Origin: Candidatus Parcubacteria bacterium
GTDB lineage: Bacteria; Patescibacteriota; Minisyncoccia; Phycocordibacterales; JAKAEA01
Length of the DNA: 64,000 bases
Assembly (NCBI GenBank): GCA_963806325.1
Contig: CAWDXL010000002.1
Span: forward strand, 128,802-192,801
Reading direction: 5' to 3'
A program made the translations under genes and the position numbers. The notes under the pieces are model-generated. The model did no database searches. It saw only the letters and a program-made list of their open reading frames with translations, and was not told the origin of the DNA. Positions 53,043-64,000 of this stretch are shown piece after piece. Each line of letters begins with the position of its first letter. Position 1 is the first letter of the stretch.

Positions 53043-54433
53043 TTAATCAGCTTTTATTTTAGAAAAAATAGTCTTAATGAGTGCTTCAAAACCGGCAATA
53101 TTTACCGTGGTCCCATCTAAATTATTAACATCAAACATCTCTTTTTCAGGATCTGTATTTATTATGAGTACACTCGCTTGACGTTTTTCCGCAAACTGAG
53201 CTTGTTTGCCGAGACTTTCATCGTCTTTGTAAAACACTTCCGTTTTGATTCCCTGTTCTCGAAGTTTTTCTGCAAGAGCATTGGCCTGGACTCGCTCATC
53301 ATTTTTCTCATCTTTAGCAATAGGCTTAATACCAATGACAACATCTACCGTTGATTTTTTTGCGGCTGTTCCCAGCTTTTCATGTTTCATAATATCAAGC
53401 AGACGCGTCAGCCCAATAGAAATGCCGACACCGGGCAGCGTTCGGCTGATAAATTTTCCAGCCAAATCAGCATAGCGTCCGCCGGAGCAGATGCTGCCGT
53501 ATTTTTCCAGGTCATCAATTGTTGTCTCAAAAACTGTACCTGTGATATTCTAATCCCCGAGCAATTTTAAGATCAACAACAAATTTTCCAGTCCTCGCTC
53601 TCGTATGACGGAGAAACTCAGCTACTTCTTTTAGTTCAGCAAAACCGAGTGTTAAATTTTCTGAACTATCATTGCGCGCAGCATTCTCAGCGGTCAAGCG
53701 GTGATGAATACGATCCAATGTCTCGATATTTTGGATATCTATTTTTTTATCTAAAATATCTAAAATTTCAAACGCCGTCTCCTTGCTGATGCTGAGTTCT
53801 TTTGTGAGAGAATCCTGAGTAGCCTCTTTGCCAACCTTATCAAATTTATCAATGATGCGCATGGCTGCAGGAACATCGGAAACTCCAAAAGTTTCAATGA
53901 TTCCCTGCAGGAATTTTCTGTTGTTGATGTGAATCGTAAAATTACCGAATTCAAAGCCCTCAAGAATTTTGAATGCTACTGCAGCCACTTTCAGCATCAA
54001 AATGAAGTGGTAATGCACCGTTGGCAACAACATCAATATCCGCCTGATAAAATTCTCGGAACCTGCCTTTTTGCGGGCGCTCCCCCCTCCACACTCTTTG
54101 AATTTGGTAGCGTTTGAACGGGAAAATTAAATCCTCATAATGTTGCGCCGTATACCGTGCAAACGGTACAGTGAGATCAAAGCGAAGCGCTCTATCCGAC
54201 TCGCCAGCTTCGGCGTCGCCCTCACCAAGTGCCCGGGAGATAGTATAAATCTCTTTATTAATTTCACCTTTTGTGGAAAGCGTATCGAGATATTCAACTG
54301 CTGACGTTTCGAGCGGAACATAGCCAAAAAGCTCAGCCTCTTTTCTAATGCTCGCTTTGAGCTTTTCTTCGACAATTTGTTCTTCCGGAAGATTTTCAGG
54401 AAAACCGCTTGGATTATGATACTTATGCGACAT
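53043..54433 (-). CDS. hisS: Histidyl-tRNA synthetase (several frameshifts)
   Basis: LRFDLTVPFARY, WRGERPQKGRFREFYQ.D, RGLEY and GVGISIGL.R across fragments. Confidence 0.93.
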
Positions 54434-54445
54434 ATCTCAAGTGTA

Positions 54446-55555
54446 TCATATTCCTTCCTTTTTGAGTTCTTCAATAAGCTTGGCGGCAGTCTTTGAAATT
54501 TTTGCCGGGAGTTTGATATTAATCTTTACAAGAATGTCGCCGCGTTTGCTGCGATCAATCGGTACTCCTTTGCCCTTAACACGCAAGACCTCGCCGTAAT
54601 TGACACCAACAGGGATTTTGATAGTAATCGGTCCATCAAGCGTTTGAAGCATATATTCTCCTCCGAGAAGTGCAGTGGAAAGATTGATATTGAGATCTGT
54701 CAGAAGATTGATGCCATCCTTTCTGAAAAACGGATGCTTTTTAACGTGAATTTTTATATAGAGATCCCCAGAAATACCTCCTGCGACAGCTTCTCCCATA
54801 CCGCTCATACGAATCATTTCGCCATCGTTAATACCAGCAGGAATTCGAATACTTATTTCTTCCTGCTTGCGAACCACTCCAAGCCCGGCGCAATTTCTGC
54901 ATTTTTGAACTGGAATTTTCCCTCTGCCGTTGCATGTCGGACATGTGCGAACTGATGTGAATGATCCAAGAAATGATGTGCGGGCTTCGTGAATCTGGCC
55001 TTTGCCATTACATGTCGAGCAGGTTTTCATCTCAGAATTTTTTTCAGCTCCAGATCCACCGCAGACATCACAGACACTCGTCTTCATGAGCATAACCTTC
55101 CGTTCAATACCAAATACCGCTTCATTGAATGCAATTTCAATATCAATAGAGATATCAGATCCTCGTTTTTGTCGTGCTGTATTTCCACCGCGGCCGCCTC
55201 CGCCGAAAAATGATCCAAAAATATCGCCGATGTCAAAATCTTGAAAACCCTGGCCTTGGCCATTGGTAAATCCGGAAAAATCAAAACCGAAGTCATTTGG
55301 ATTAAATCCGCCTGCTCCCTGACCGCCAGCATTTGATCCGGCACCGCTCGCCGTGCGGCCATACGTATCATACTCATTCCGTTTGGCATCATCGGACAAC
55401 ACTGAATATGCCTCATTCACTTCTTTGAATTTGCTTTCGTTACCGCCTTTTTTGTCGGGATGGTACTCGTGTGCAAGCTTCCGGAACGCTTTTTTAATAT
55501 CATCCTTCGACGCACCTTTTTGTACTCCTAATATATCGTAGTAATTCTTTGGCAT
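54446..55555 (-). CDS. dnaJ: Chaperone DnaJ
   Basis: HPD J-domain, G/F region, 4x CxxCxGxG. Confidence 0.98.
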   Translation of the reverse strand: MPKNYYDILGVQKGASKDDIKKAFRKLAHEYHPDKKGGNESKFKEVNEAYSVLSDDAKRNEYDTYGRTASGAGSNAGGQGAGGFNPNDFGFDFSGFTNGQGQGFQDFDIGDIFGSFFGGGGRGGNTARQKRGSDISIDIEIAFNEAVFGIERKVMLMKTSVCDVCGGSGAEKNSEMKTCSTCNGKGQIHEARTSFLGSFTSVRTCPTCNGRGKIPVQKCRNCAGLGVVRKQEEISIRIPAGINDGEMIRMSGMGEAVAGGISGDLYIKIHVKKHPFFRKDGINLLTDLNINLSTALLGGEYMLQTLDGPITIKIPVGVNYGEVLRVKGKGVPIDRSKRGDILVKINIKLPAKISKTAAKLIEELKKEGI

Positions 55556-55655
55556 AGTTTTATCATTATATACAAGTTTCGTCTTGATGTTTTAAATAAA
55601 CATGGTACAAAACATCTTGCATGACACACGCCAAAACAAGATGTTCTGAATATAT

Positions 55656-57570
55656 TTACTTAGTCTCTCCTGTTCCTGGCTGGGCTGAATCAGTACCCGG
55701 CTCCTTGGTCTCAGCATCACGCACCGTTCCTTCTGGATTTGGCGGCGTCTGAGCGGCAGAGGCTGCACTATTCATGGCTTGCCCTATTTTTTGAATTTCA
55801 GCCGAGAGTGCTTCTGTAGCTCTTTTGATATCATCAATGTTCGGAGTTGTAGCATCTTTAGCAGTTTTGAGTTCGGCCACTTTTGCCTCAACGGATGTTT
55901 TGACATCAGCCGGCACCTTGTCGCCTGCGTCTTTCAAAGCTTTTTCAGAGGTGTAAACGAGCTGTTCGGCAATGTTTTTCGCTTCAACAATGTCTTTCTT
56001 TTTTTGGTCGTCAGATGCATGCATTTTCAGCGTCTTTTTGCATTTTCTGAATATCTTCTTTTGAAAGACCGGAGCTGCCCTGAATAGTGATCGACTGTTC
56101 TTTGCCTGTTGTTTTTTCTTTTGCTTTTACATTCAAGATACCGTTGGCATCTACGTCGAGCGATACTTCTACTTGAGGCATGCCCCGAGGAGATGGCGGA
56201 ATACCGTCGAGAATAAATTTGCCGAGCGACTTATTGTCGGCAGCCATGACACGCTCGCCCTGGACAATGTGAATTTCTACCGATGTCTGATTATCAGCTG
56301 CTGTTGAGAATACTTGAGAACGAGATGTTGGAATTGTGCTATTTTTCTCGATGAGTTTTGTAGCAACACCACCCATAGTTTCGATACTCAATGAAAGCGG
56401 AATAACATCCAAAAGGAGAATGTCTTTGACGTCTCCGGAAATGACGCCTCCCTGGATAGCAGCACCAACAGCCACTACTTCATCGGGATTGACACCCATG
56501 TGTGGATCTTTGCCGAAATACGCTTTCACGGCCTGTTGCATTGCCGGCATGCGGGTTTGTCCCCCAACGAGCACAACTTCATTAATATCAGCAATTTTAA
56601 ACGGTGAGGCTTCGACAGCGCGCTTGGTGATTTCCATGGCGCGATTGATAAATTCCCGAGTCAACTCTTCAAGCTTTGCTCGTGTCAAACTCGTTACAAG
56701 ATGCTTCGGGCCATCGCTGCCTGAGGAAATAAACGGGATATTGATTTCAGCCTGCACCGCAGATGAAAGCTCGATCTTGGCTTTTTCTGCTGCTTCATCA
56801 AGGCGCTGTACAGCCAGCGAATCTTTCATGAGATCAATGCCATTTTCTTTTTTGAATTCTCCGGCGAGCCATGCAATAATTTTCTGATCGATATCTTTTC
56901 CACCCAGGTGAGCATCGCCGTCGACCGATTTTACCTCCACCACATCACCGCCAACTTCTAGAATCGAGATATCGAACGTACCGCCGCCGAAATCGAAGAC
57001 AGCGATTTTTTCATCTTTCTTTTTGTCGGAACCATACGCAAGCGCTGCAGCCGTCGGCTCGTTGATGATACGCTTCACGTCGAGACCTGCGATTTTGCCG
57101 GCATCCTTTGTCGCCTGACGCTGAGCATCATTAAAATATGCAGGCACCGTAATCACCGCCTCAGTAATTTTTACTCCCAGTTTTGCTTCAGCATCAGCCT
57201 TAAGCTTCTGAAGAATCATTGCCGAGATTTCTTCTGGACGATACCATGCATCACCCATCTTCACCTCGATGCCTCCATTCGTTGATTTGCGCGTTTCAAA
57301 TGGCACAGATTTTATGTCCTTTTGAACAGCGGGTTCATCATAGTTGTGGCCGATGAAGCGCTTGATCTGATAGATCGTATTTTTTGGATTTGTGACTGCC
57401 TGTCTGCGTGCGAGCAAACCGACAATTCTTTCACCTGTTTTTGACTGGGCGACAATCGATGGAGTCGTACGTGCACCCTCAGTATTCTCAATAATTCGTG
57501 CTTCGCCCCCCTCCATGACCGCTACCGCGGAATTTGTGGTACCGAGATCGATACCGATAATTTTTGCCAT
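55656..57570 (-). CDS. dnaK: Chaperone DnaK (frameshift near 56020)
   Basis: [23 protein letters not shown]; C-terminal lid in the second ORF. Confidence 0.97.
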
Positions 57571-57603
57571 AGATAAAATAATTAATGCGTTTAATAAAAC
57601 AGA

Positions 57604-57927
57604 TTAATTATGATCAGTTGGTGGCATCGGTGCTAGACCGATAATTACTCGTGAGTTTACAGTGCCAAAAATCGCGCCTATATATGGAGATGCGACAGCG
57701 CGACAAGCCGGCGCCTGGCATGCAGATGTGCCTAGGGCAAGCACAGAGCTTCCAACAGTGCCCGCCAGCATGCGGACTGTTTTTGGGATAATCTTTACAA
57801 CTTTCGGTTCCGAAATTGCGACCGTTTCATCACCTCGTGTTTCAAGCAAAATAGCAAGCACTACCCATACGGTCGGCTGCTCGAGTCTGATAAAACGAAT
57901 ATGCTGTTTGTTGTTTACTTTAAGCAT
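57604..57927 (-). CDS. Hypothetical protein between grpE and dnaK
   Basis: ORF fills the operon gap. Confidence 0.6.
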   Translation of the reverse strand: MLKVNNKQHIRFIRLEQPTVWVVLAILLETRGDETVAISEPKVVKIIPKTVRMLAGTVGSSVLALGTSACQAPACRAVASPYIGAIFGTVNSRVIIGLAPMPPTDHN

Positions 57928-57955
57928 TAAATTATACAAACATTTTCACGCCTTA

Positions 57956-58564
57956 TTATTCCTTTTTGAATTCACCCACAATGACGCGCGGCGCCTTCAC
58001 TTCTTTGCCGGCAATGCTATAGCCTTTCTGAATTACTTTAGTGATAGTCTGATCCAGCTTCTTGTCGGCAACAGGCTCAAATGAGACGGCCTCGTCTCGC
58101 ATTGGATCAAATTTTTCGCCAATAGGATTGATTTCTTTGACGCCATTGTCTTCCAAAACTTTAAGAAGCTGGGTGTAAATATGCTCCACACCGATCCGCC
58201 AATTTTTATCAACCGCTTCCCACGCTTCCTTATTTGCTTTTGCCATCTCGAAGCTTTCAAGCACAGGAAGCATATCTTCTACGAGTCCGGCTTTGGCAAA
58301 CTTGGCAAACTCTTTCTTGTCTTCCTCATCGCGCTTGCGGGCATTGATAAATTCCGCCTTGGCGCGCTGCCAGCCATCGAGATATTCCTGCTTTTCCGCT
58401 ACTGCTTTCTTCAATTTTTCGCGTAACTCTTTAACGGTATCTTTCGTAGTGGCGGTATTCCCCTCGCCGTCTTCCGGTACAAATTCATTATCTTCTTCCG
58501 CTTCCACAATCGGCTCGGTATCGCCTTGAATATCTTGTTTGTTCTGATTATTTTCATCCTGCAT
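57956..58564 (-). CDS. grpE: Nucleotide exchange factor GrpE
   Basis: R..AEF.N.RKR, FDP and QKGY motifs. Confidence 0.96.
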   Translation of the reverse strand: MQDENNQNKQDIQGDTEPIVEAEEDNEFVPEDGEGNTATTKDTVKELREKLKKAVAEKQEYLDGWQRAKAEFINARKRDEEDKKEFAKFAKAGLVEDMLPVLESFEMAKANKEAWEAVDKNWRIGVEHIYTQLLKVLEDNGVKEINPIGEKFDPMRDEAVSFEPVADKKLDQTITKVIQKGYSIAGKEVKAPRVIVGEFKKE

Positions 58565-58623
58565 AGGACTCTATTTTAAAAGATTTTATGCAGAAGTCAA
58601 ATTTTATAACCTTATATATTTAA

Positions 58624-59163
58624 TTACATTCCGAGAGTGTCGATCTTATAATCAGAGCCAGGACATTCATTTCTATAATTAACATCACTTATCATGGAAC
58701 AATAAGAACTATTTTTTGTAGCTTCAGCTACTCCAATGATACATTCTGAAAATTCCATCTTATAATAAAAAGATTGGGTATTATCTATATTCTTACAGAC
58801 ATTTATATCTTTGCTTCTATAGGCTACTGCAACATAACATCGATATGCCAAAGACTCATCGATTCCTCTAACCATAGTACAGATGCTTGCGTCTTGTTTT
58901 ACTACAGCAAATTGCACAATACACACGTTTCTTAATCCCTGAGCACTGATACTCCATTGATGAAAAATCGGTGTGAGTGTTATTTTATTACATATTGATA
59001 CATCATTTTTTGAAACTGCAATAGAGGCTACATTTTCTACACCATTTGAATTTGATAAAAAGTAATATTGAGTATTGAGATACCAATACACCCCTAATAT
59101 AGTAAGCAACAAAACACCAATTATTATTAAAGGGACAATAAAACCTTTTTGTGAGTTTTTCAT
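58624..59163 (-). CDS. Pilin-like-leader surface protein with Cys repeats
   Basis: QKG|FIVPL leader; four D.S.C..I..C..A repeats. Confidence 0.65.
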   Translation of the reverse strand: MKNSQKGFIVPLIIIGVLLLTILGVYWYLNTQYYFLSNSNGVENVASIAVSKNDVSICNKITLTPIFHQWSISAQGLRNVCIVQFAVVKQDASICTMVRGIDESLAYRCYVAVAYRSKDINVCKNIDNTQSFYYKMEFSECIIGVAEATKNSSYCSMISDVNYRNECPGSDYKIDTLGM

Positions 59164-59262
59164 ATAAACATAACTCTACAGTACAAATACGTTTTACACC
59201 AACAGATTGTTCACAGTTAAAACAAAAAATTCCTCGTTTTGGAGGAATTTTTTGAAATAGAT

Positions 59263-59668
59263 TTATCGCTTACTCCACTGTGGAGCCTTGCGAGCCTTCT
59301 TGAGGCCGAACTTGCGGCGCTCCTTAGCACGAGGATCGCGCTTCAAGAATCCTTCCGATTTCAATGGCGCACGGAGAAGCTTATCGTATTCAATAAGAGC
59401 ACGGGAAATACCATGGCGAACCGCGACCGATTGCGAGCTGATACCGCCTCCCTTAACAAGAGCTGTGACCTTAAATTTTGCGGGGGTCTTCGAAGTTGCA
59501 AATGCTTCTGGTGGCAACGCGCTGAAGCTCGGCTGTAGGAAAATAATCAGCAAGTTCTTTATCATTGACAAGATATGTTGTCTTGGCTGCCTCGGTAATA
59601 CGAACACGCGCAACCGACGTCTTGCGGCGACCAACTGTCTCTATATATTTTTTATCCTCGTTATTCAT
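59263..59668 (-). CDS. rpsI: 30S ribosomal protein S9 (frameshift)
   Basis: [10 protein letters not shown] and [19 protein letters not shown]. Confidence 0.95.
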
Positions 59669-59697
59669 AATAATTTTATTTAAAGATAGTACGGTTA

Positions 59698-60042
59698 TTA
59701 TTCTGAAATTTTCAGATTATTCATCATTCTCGATCGCAGTTTGTTGCTTGGCAGCATACCGTAAGTAGCCAAGCGGAACAACTCTTCGTGACCTTTCTTT
59801 TCTAAAACACCGGCAACAGTCGGAGTAATGATACCACTGGCGTACTTGGTGTAGCGAGATTTGAGTTTCTGTTCTTTCTTTTTGAGAGAAATATCAGCTT
59901 TAGCAGCATTGATAATTTCCACTTGAACATCAGGAATGGCGTTACGGACATATTCGGTCGTATTTTTGCCCATAAGAAGCGTAGCGGCTGCTGAAGCTAC
60001 GCGTCCTACTTTTTTGTTTTCTGCGTCCAGTGTGTATTTCAT
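59698..60042 (-). CDS. rplM: 50S ribosomal protein L13
   Basis: LDA..GRVAS..A..L.GK and GMLP.N.L motifs. Confidence 0.92.
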   Translation of the reverse strand: MKYTLDAENKKVGRVASAAATLLMGKNTTEYVRNAIPDVQVEIINAAKADISLKKKEQKLKSRYTKYASGIITPTVAGVLEKKGHEELFRLATYGMLPSNKLRSRMMNNLKISE

Positions 60043-60045
60043 ATT

Positions 60046-60393
60046 TTATACAAATTCAATTTGTGCCATACGGCTTGCATCTGACATGCGGACCGGAAGC
60101 TTGGTAATGCGGGTATAGCCGCCAGCGCGCTCCTTAAACTTAGGGCCGACGGTATCTATAAGCTTGTTTGCACCCTCATGTCCAAGCTGAGTGATGAGAA
60201 AACGCTTCGTGGCAATACTGCCTGTCTTCGAGCGCGTGATGAGCTTCTCGACAAATGGTCGAAGTTCTTTTGCCTTAGCTTCTGTCGTCTGGATTTTCTC
60301 ACGGATAACAAGAGCTTGAGCAAGCGAACGCATAAGCGCTTTACGAGCATCTGCTGGTCGTCCGAATTTTCTGTTTGCGTTGTGGTGTCTCAT
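60046..60393 (-). CDS. rplQ: 50S ribosomal protein L17
   Basis: MRH..TT.AKAKELR..GGYTRI. Confidence 0.97.
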   Translation of the reverse strand: MRHHNANRKFGRPADARKALMRSLAQALVIREKIQTTEAKAKELRPFVEKLITRSKTGSIATKRFLITQLGHEGANKLIDTVGPKFKERAGGYTRITKLPVRMSDASRMAQIEFV

Positions 60394-60399
60394 GTAATT

Positions 60400-61368
60400 T
60401 TAACTTTTCAAAACAATACCGTACACGCTCAGGGCCTTCTTGATTTCCTGGAGACCTTTTGCTCCCAAGCCTTCGATTTCAAGAATGTCCTGCTCGTATT
60501 TTCGGCTCAATCCTCCAACAGTCCTGATATTTGCGTTTGAGAGGGCATTCATTGTGCGCTGAGAAAGATTGAGCGATTCAATCCGCGTCTTCAATGATTC
60601 GGTATCAGCTTCGCGGGCAACATGTGCTTCTGTTTTATCGGCTGAAGAGGCAGCTGGAGCAAGTTCTTCTTCCTGCTGTTTGAATCCAACAATGGCGCGA
60701 AGCTGTGCAATCATAATTTCAATAGATCGTTCGAGGGCTTCTTTTGGAGTCATGGTACCATCTGTTTCGATAAAGATCTTGAGACGGTTGAAATCAGTCC
60801 GATCACCAACGCGCATATTTACAACTTCATAGTGAACTCGCTTAATAGGTGTAAAGCTTGCATCGAGGGTAATACTGCCGATATCAACGCGATTTTTCTG
60901 TAGAACTTCTTTTGACACGTAACCAAGCCCCTTCTCAACCGTCATTTCAATGTCGAGCTCAGTATTTTTGTCGGTGATGTGGGCAATAATGAGTTCAGGA
61001 TTCAAAATTTCAATCTGACCGGAAACCTTAATATCTGCCGCCGTTACCTCGTTAATTCCCTTAACTTTAAGGGTAATTACCTGCGGTTCGTCGGTGATCA
61101 TCTGAATTCTGACCTTTTTAAGGCCGAGAAGGATTGTGATAACATCTTCTTTAACGCCATCTAATGTAGAAAATTCATGGCTGACGCCCGCAATCTTGAT
61201 GGAAGTAATCGCAGCGCCGGGAAGCGAAGAAAGGATGATTCGGCGAAGGCTGTTTCCAAGAGTATGGCCATAGCCAGGATAAAGACCGTCTATTTCATAT
61301 GAGCCCTGCGAATTTTCTTCGTGGACAATCTTTGGCTTTGATGGCAAAACGATATTAAAGTCAGACAT
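60400..61368 (-). CDS. rpoA: RNA polymerase alpha subunit
   Basis: GYGHTLGNSLRRILLS-like motif, HEFS and alpha-CTD. Confidence 0.98.
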   Translation of the reverse strand: MSDFNIVLPSKPKIVHEENSQGSYEIDGLYPGYGHTLGNSLRRIILSSLPGAAITSIKIAGVSHEFSTLDGVKEDVITILLGLKKVRIQMITDEPQVITLKVKGINEVTAADIKVSGQIEILNPELIIAHITDKNTELDIEMTVEKGLGYVSKEVLQKNRVDIGSITLDASFTPIKRVHYEVVNMRVGDRTDFNRLKIFIETDGTMTPKEALERSIEIMIAQLRAIVGFKQQEEELAPAASSADKTEAHVAREADTESLKTRIESLNLSQRTMNALSNANIRTVGGLSRKYEQDILEIEGLGAKGLQEIKKALSVYGIVLKS

Positions 61369-61441
61369 AGCGTTGGTTATTAGTGTATAAAAATATAATC
61401 TATTTTTTGTATTTTGTAAATACCCTAGCCTTTATCAATGT

Positions 61442-62044
61442 TTATCGGCTGTAAAACTCAAGTACCTGGCCAATATCAAAGATGAGCTGTGTCTGATTAA
61501 GCTTCGGTGCACCCTGAACAGTAATGACTTTCTTTTCAAGGTCGTTGGCAAGCCATGATGGAGCTTGAGCGCCTTTAATTCTCTCTTCAATGTTTAAAAA
61601 GAGGGTCTTTTTTGTGCTTCCTTCGCGAATAGAAATTTTATCACCAACCTTAACTTGGTAGGAAGGAATAGTTACTCGGCGGCCATTTACCATAAGATGA
61701 CCGTGAGAGACCATCTGCCGAGCCGCTAAGCGTGTTGCTGCAAAACCAGCACGGAGTACGACATTGTCGAGACGAGTCTCGAGCATGTGGTACAAAAGAT
61801 CACGATTGGTACCCTTTTTTTCAAGAGCCTGCTTTACATACTTAGAAAACTGTCGCTCGGTAAGCGCATAGCTAAAACGAGCCTTCTGCTTTTCAAGCAT
61901 TTGAATGCCGAAATCTGTTTTTGGTCCACGGCTGTCACCCTTACCCTTGCGTGCTTGCGAGAGGGCAAACTTTTGGGTCTGAGTTTTTTCAAAAACTCCA
62001 GGGCCCAGACGACGAGCTATTTTATATTTTGGTCCAATAATCAT
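61442..62044 (-). CDS. rpsD: 30S ribosomal protein S4
   Basis: LETRLDN.V.R.G and ARQ.VSHGH. Confidence 0.97.
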   Translation of the reverse strand: MIIGPKYKIARRLGPGVFEKTQTQKFALSQARKGKGDSRGPKTDFGIQMLEKQKARFSYALTERQFSKYVKQALEKKGTNRDLLYHMLETRLDNVVLRAGFAATRLAARQMVSHGHLMVNGRRVTIPSYQVKVGDKISIREGSTKKTLFLNIEERIKGAQAPSWLANDLEKKVITVQGAPKLNQTQLIFDIGQVLEFYSR

Positions 62045-62077
62045 AATCTTTATTAAATTTAAAACACATCCATAAGC

Positions 62078-62509
62078 CTAGACACGACGTGGTTTTGGCG
62101 GCTTTGGGCCATTGAATGGAACCGGTGTCATATCTTTAATCATTGAAATACCGATAGATTTTGAGATAAAACCTCGTACTGCCGATTCTCGTCCTGAACC
62201 AACGCCCTTGATGGTAACCGCAACTTCTTTCATCCCCATTGCCTGAGCTTTCGTACCGACAATTTCACCGACTTTGGCTGCAGCAAAGGGTGTACCTTTC
62301 TTGGCACCCTTAAATCCAAGGCTCCCGCTTGTCGACCAGGCAAGCGTGTTACCTTTTGGATCGGTTAATACGACTTTCGTATTATTGTAGGTTGACTGAA
62401 CATACAAATTACCTGCATCAAAGCGTTTCTTTGAGCTTGTCTGAGCTGGCTGAGCCTTTTCGGCCGTTCCTTCTGTTCCTCCCGTTTTAACAATGCGTTT
62501 TTTTCCCAT
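62078..62509 (-). CDS. rpsK: 30S ribosomal protein S11
   Basis: STYNNT, GFKG.KK.TPFAA and TPVPFNG. Confidence 0.97.
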   Translation of the reverse strand: MGKKRIVKTGGTEGTAEKAQPAQTSSKKRFDAGNLYVQSTYNNTKVVLTDPKGNTLAWSTSGSLGFKGAKKGTPFAAAKVGEIVGTKAQAMGMKEVAVTIKGVGSGRESAVRGFISKSIGISMIKDMTPVPFNGPKPPKPRRV

Positions 62510-62510
62510 T

Positions 62511-62893
62511 TTATGTTTTTTCAGCTTTCTTGCGACCGCTACCCATCGTCTTCTTGACACCCTTCAGTGTACGGGCATTAGTCTTTGTGCGTTGGCCTCG
62601 AGTTGGCAAACGCTTCATATGTCGGACTCCTCGATATGATTTGATATCCTTAAGTCTTTTAATGTTTGCTGCCACTTCGCGCTTAAGATCGCCTTCTATC
62701 TTGAATCCGCCGCGTTCAATAATGCTTCTGATTTTATTTTCTTCGTCAGGAGTGAGCTCGCCCGCTTTTTTACCAAATTCAACAGTCGCTTCTTTGAGAA
62801 TTGTATGTGCCCGAATCTGCCGATACCGAAAATTGCAGTAAGTGCAATTTCAATGCGTTTTTCATTAGGAAGTGTAATGCCGATGATTCTCAT
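62511..62893 (-). CDS. rpsM: 30S ribosomal protein S13 (frameshift near 62815)
   Basis: IALT.IFGIG in one frame; [21 protein letters not shown] in another. Confidence 0.93.
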
Positions 62894-62917
62894 GGTTTCA
62901 GTATATATAATTTAAAT

Positions 62918-63034
62918 TTAGCCCTGTCGCTGCTTGTGGCGCGGATTAGCGTCACAGACAATGTATACATAGCCCTTGCGTCGGACTACTTTACATTTGG
63001 TGCACATTGTTTTAACTGATGATTTGACCTTCAT
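62918..63034 (-). CDS. rpmJ: 50S ribosomal protein L36 (not in the ORF track)
   Basis: [38 protein letters not shown]. Confidence 0.97.
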   Translation of the reverse strand: MKVKSSVKTMCTKCKVVRRKGYVYIVCDANPRHKQRQG

Positions 63035-63055
63035 TATATTTTTGTCTTAAAAATT

Positions 63056-63277
63056 TTAGAGTCTTTTGATGATTCTGGCCTTACCTCCATACGGCTCAAG
63101 CTCCATAATAACCTTGTCGCCAATGAGAACCTTTATACGATTCATTCTCATTTTACCAGCAAGATAACAAAGCTGCTCTGTGCCGTCACTATCGAGCTTT
63201 ACACGAAACAAAGTATTCGGCAATGCCTCGGTGACAATGCCGGTAACTGTTTCAGCTGTAGTTTGGTTTTTATCCAT
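63056..63277 (-). CDS. infA: Translation initiation factor IF-1
   Basis: G.V.EALPN..F.V and GKMR.N.I....GD.V..E..PY. Confidence 0.96.
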   Translation of the reverse strand: MDKNQTTAETVTGIVTEALPNTLFRVKLDSDGTEQLCYLAGKMRMNRIKVLIGDKVIMELEPYGGKARIIKRL

Positions 63278-63341
63278 TCGTTTACCAAAAATCAAAACGT
63301 TCACCTATACTAGCAGATATAGGGGTATTCCGTCAAGTATA

Positions 63342-64000
63342 TTATTGAACAGTTGCCGGAGTCGTGACAATGATTGATATTTTGCCGGTATCTGCGGGGA
63401 ACGTACTGCGCCAAAATGGCTCAACTACAGCCTGAGCTTTTATAATACCCGGGTAATTTGAAAGGATGGCAACAAGACTCTTTCGTGGCATACCAGCAAG
63501 CTGTTGTTTGAGCGTATCTGCATCAACATGAGCTACAAGCGTAGTGGTTCCCTCTAGGGTAAATGTGATGGTACTGCTTGCGTCAGTAGCGACAGGTGCA
63601 GGAGTAAATACAAGGTTGTCTGGATACGGAATGGTTACGTCATTGCCAAGATCAGAGATACCAGCCTGTTGCATAATGCTCTGAACAAGCTGCGATTCAT
63701 TAAACATATATCCAAGCAAAGTTGCCTGCTCAGAAAGTACGATACTGGTTGAAGATGCGACAGAGGTCAAAGGATCATACTTAATAGTGTATGCATTAAG
63801 AGGCATAACAAAGCCACCGGGAACATCTTTTGCTGCTTCAGTAGATAGCGCTTTTGCCAGCTGATCCTGAATTTTCTGCTCGGCCGAAGCCTTAGCTAAT
63901 GAATCGATTGCGGGCTGTATGCCCGAAGATCCGCCATCAATTGATGTTTTGCTACGAGCATAGAATTTTGTATACTTTGCTTCTCCCTTGAAGCCGGGAA
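63342..64000 (-). CDS. Hypothetical (probably surface) protein; 5' part outside the window
   Basis: Open frame to the window end; C-terminal PFW..FP....I motif. Confidence 0.6.
   Translation of the reverse strand, partial: PGFKGEAKYTKFYARSKTSIDGGSSGIQPAIDSLAKASAEQKIQDQLAKALSTEAAKDVPGGFVMPLNAYTIKYDPLTSVASSTSIVLSEQATLLGYMFNESQLVQSIMQQAGISDLGNDVTIPYPDNLVFTPAPVATDASSTITFTLEGTTTLVAHVDADTLKQQLAGMPRKSLVAILSNYPGIIKAQAVVEPFWRSTFPADTGKISIIVTTPATVQ

Noticed and set aside
53043-62893. Frameshifts in hisS, dnaK, rpsI and rpsM (also the ABC exporter, PHP, SDR, Pif1 and deacetylase) as pseudogenes or programmed frameshifts
   Set aside because: They hit essential genes, are scattered, often lie at short homopolymers and leave otherwise intact frames, so sequencing/assembly indels are far more likely
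63290-63305. AACGTTCAC upstream of infA as an SOS box
   Set aside because: Only a half-site; no GAAC-N4-GTTC

Overview
64 kb of a small-genome bacterium, most likely Patescibacteria/CPR (Parcubacteria-like). The assignment is inferred from the short non-discriminating-type AspRS, TrmB-like regulator, DUF2914 and pilin-like proteins, and mostly SD-less starts; TGA acts as a stop. The housekeeping backbone comprises lexA-rarA, the M23-murG-ftsW-mraY-dac-scpBA cluster, aspS, trpS, hisS, dnaJ-dnaK-grpE and the infA-rpmJ-rpsM-rpsK-rpsD-rpoA-rplQ-rplM-rpsI block. It carries two accessory regions: a ~14.4 kb exopolysaccharide/cell-surface locus (5.4-19.8 kb) and an ~18 kb regulatory/secondary-metabolism island (35-53 kb). 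Three features stand out. (1) Five intergenic arrays, each of four TGTT-N10-AACA palindromes phased at 53-55 bp with a -35 box exactly 4 bp from site 2, plus one site over the promoter of a TrmB-like regulator. (2) An unannotated 43-aa six-Cys/Asp-rich precursor peptide behind a radical SAM/SPASM enzyme with an apparent C-terminal RRE, i.e. a candidate new RiPP. (3) A T-box riboswitch upstream of aspS with an Actinobacteria-ileS-type ultrashort Stem I, but with an Asp (GAC) specifier and an intrinsic terminator. Many genes, including essential ones, carry frameshifts that are best explained as sequencing/assembly indels. All calls are from reading the sequence; no searches were run.
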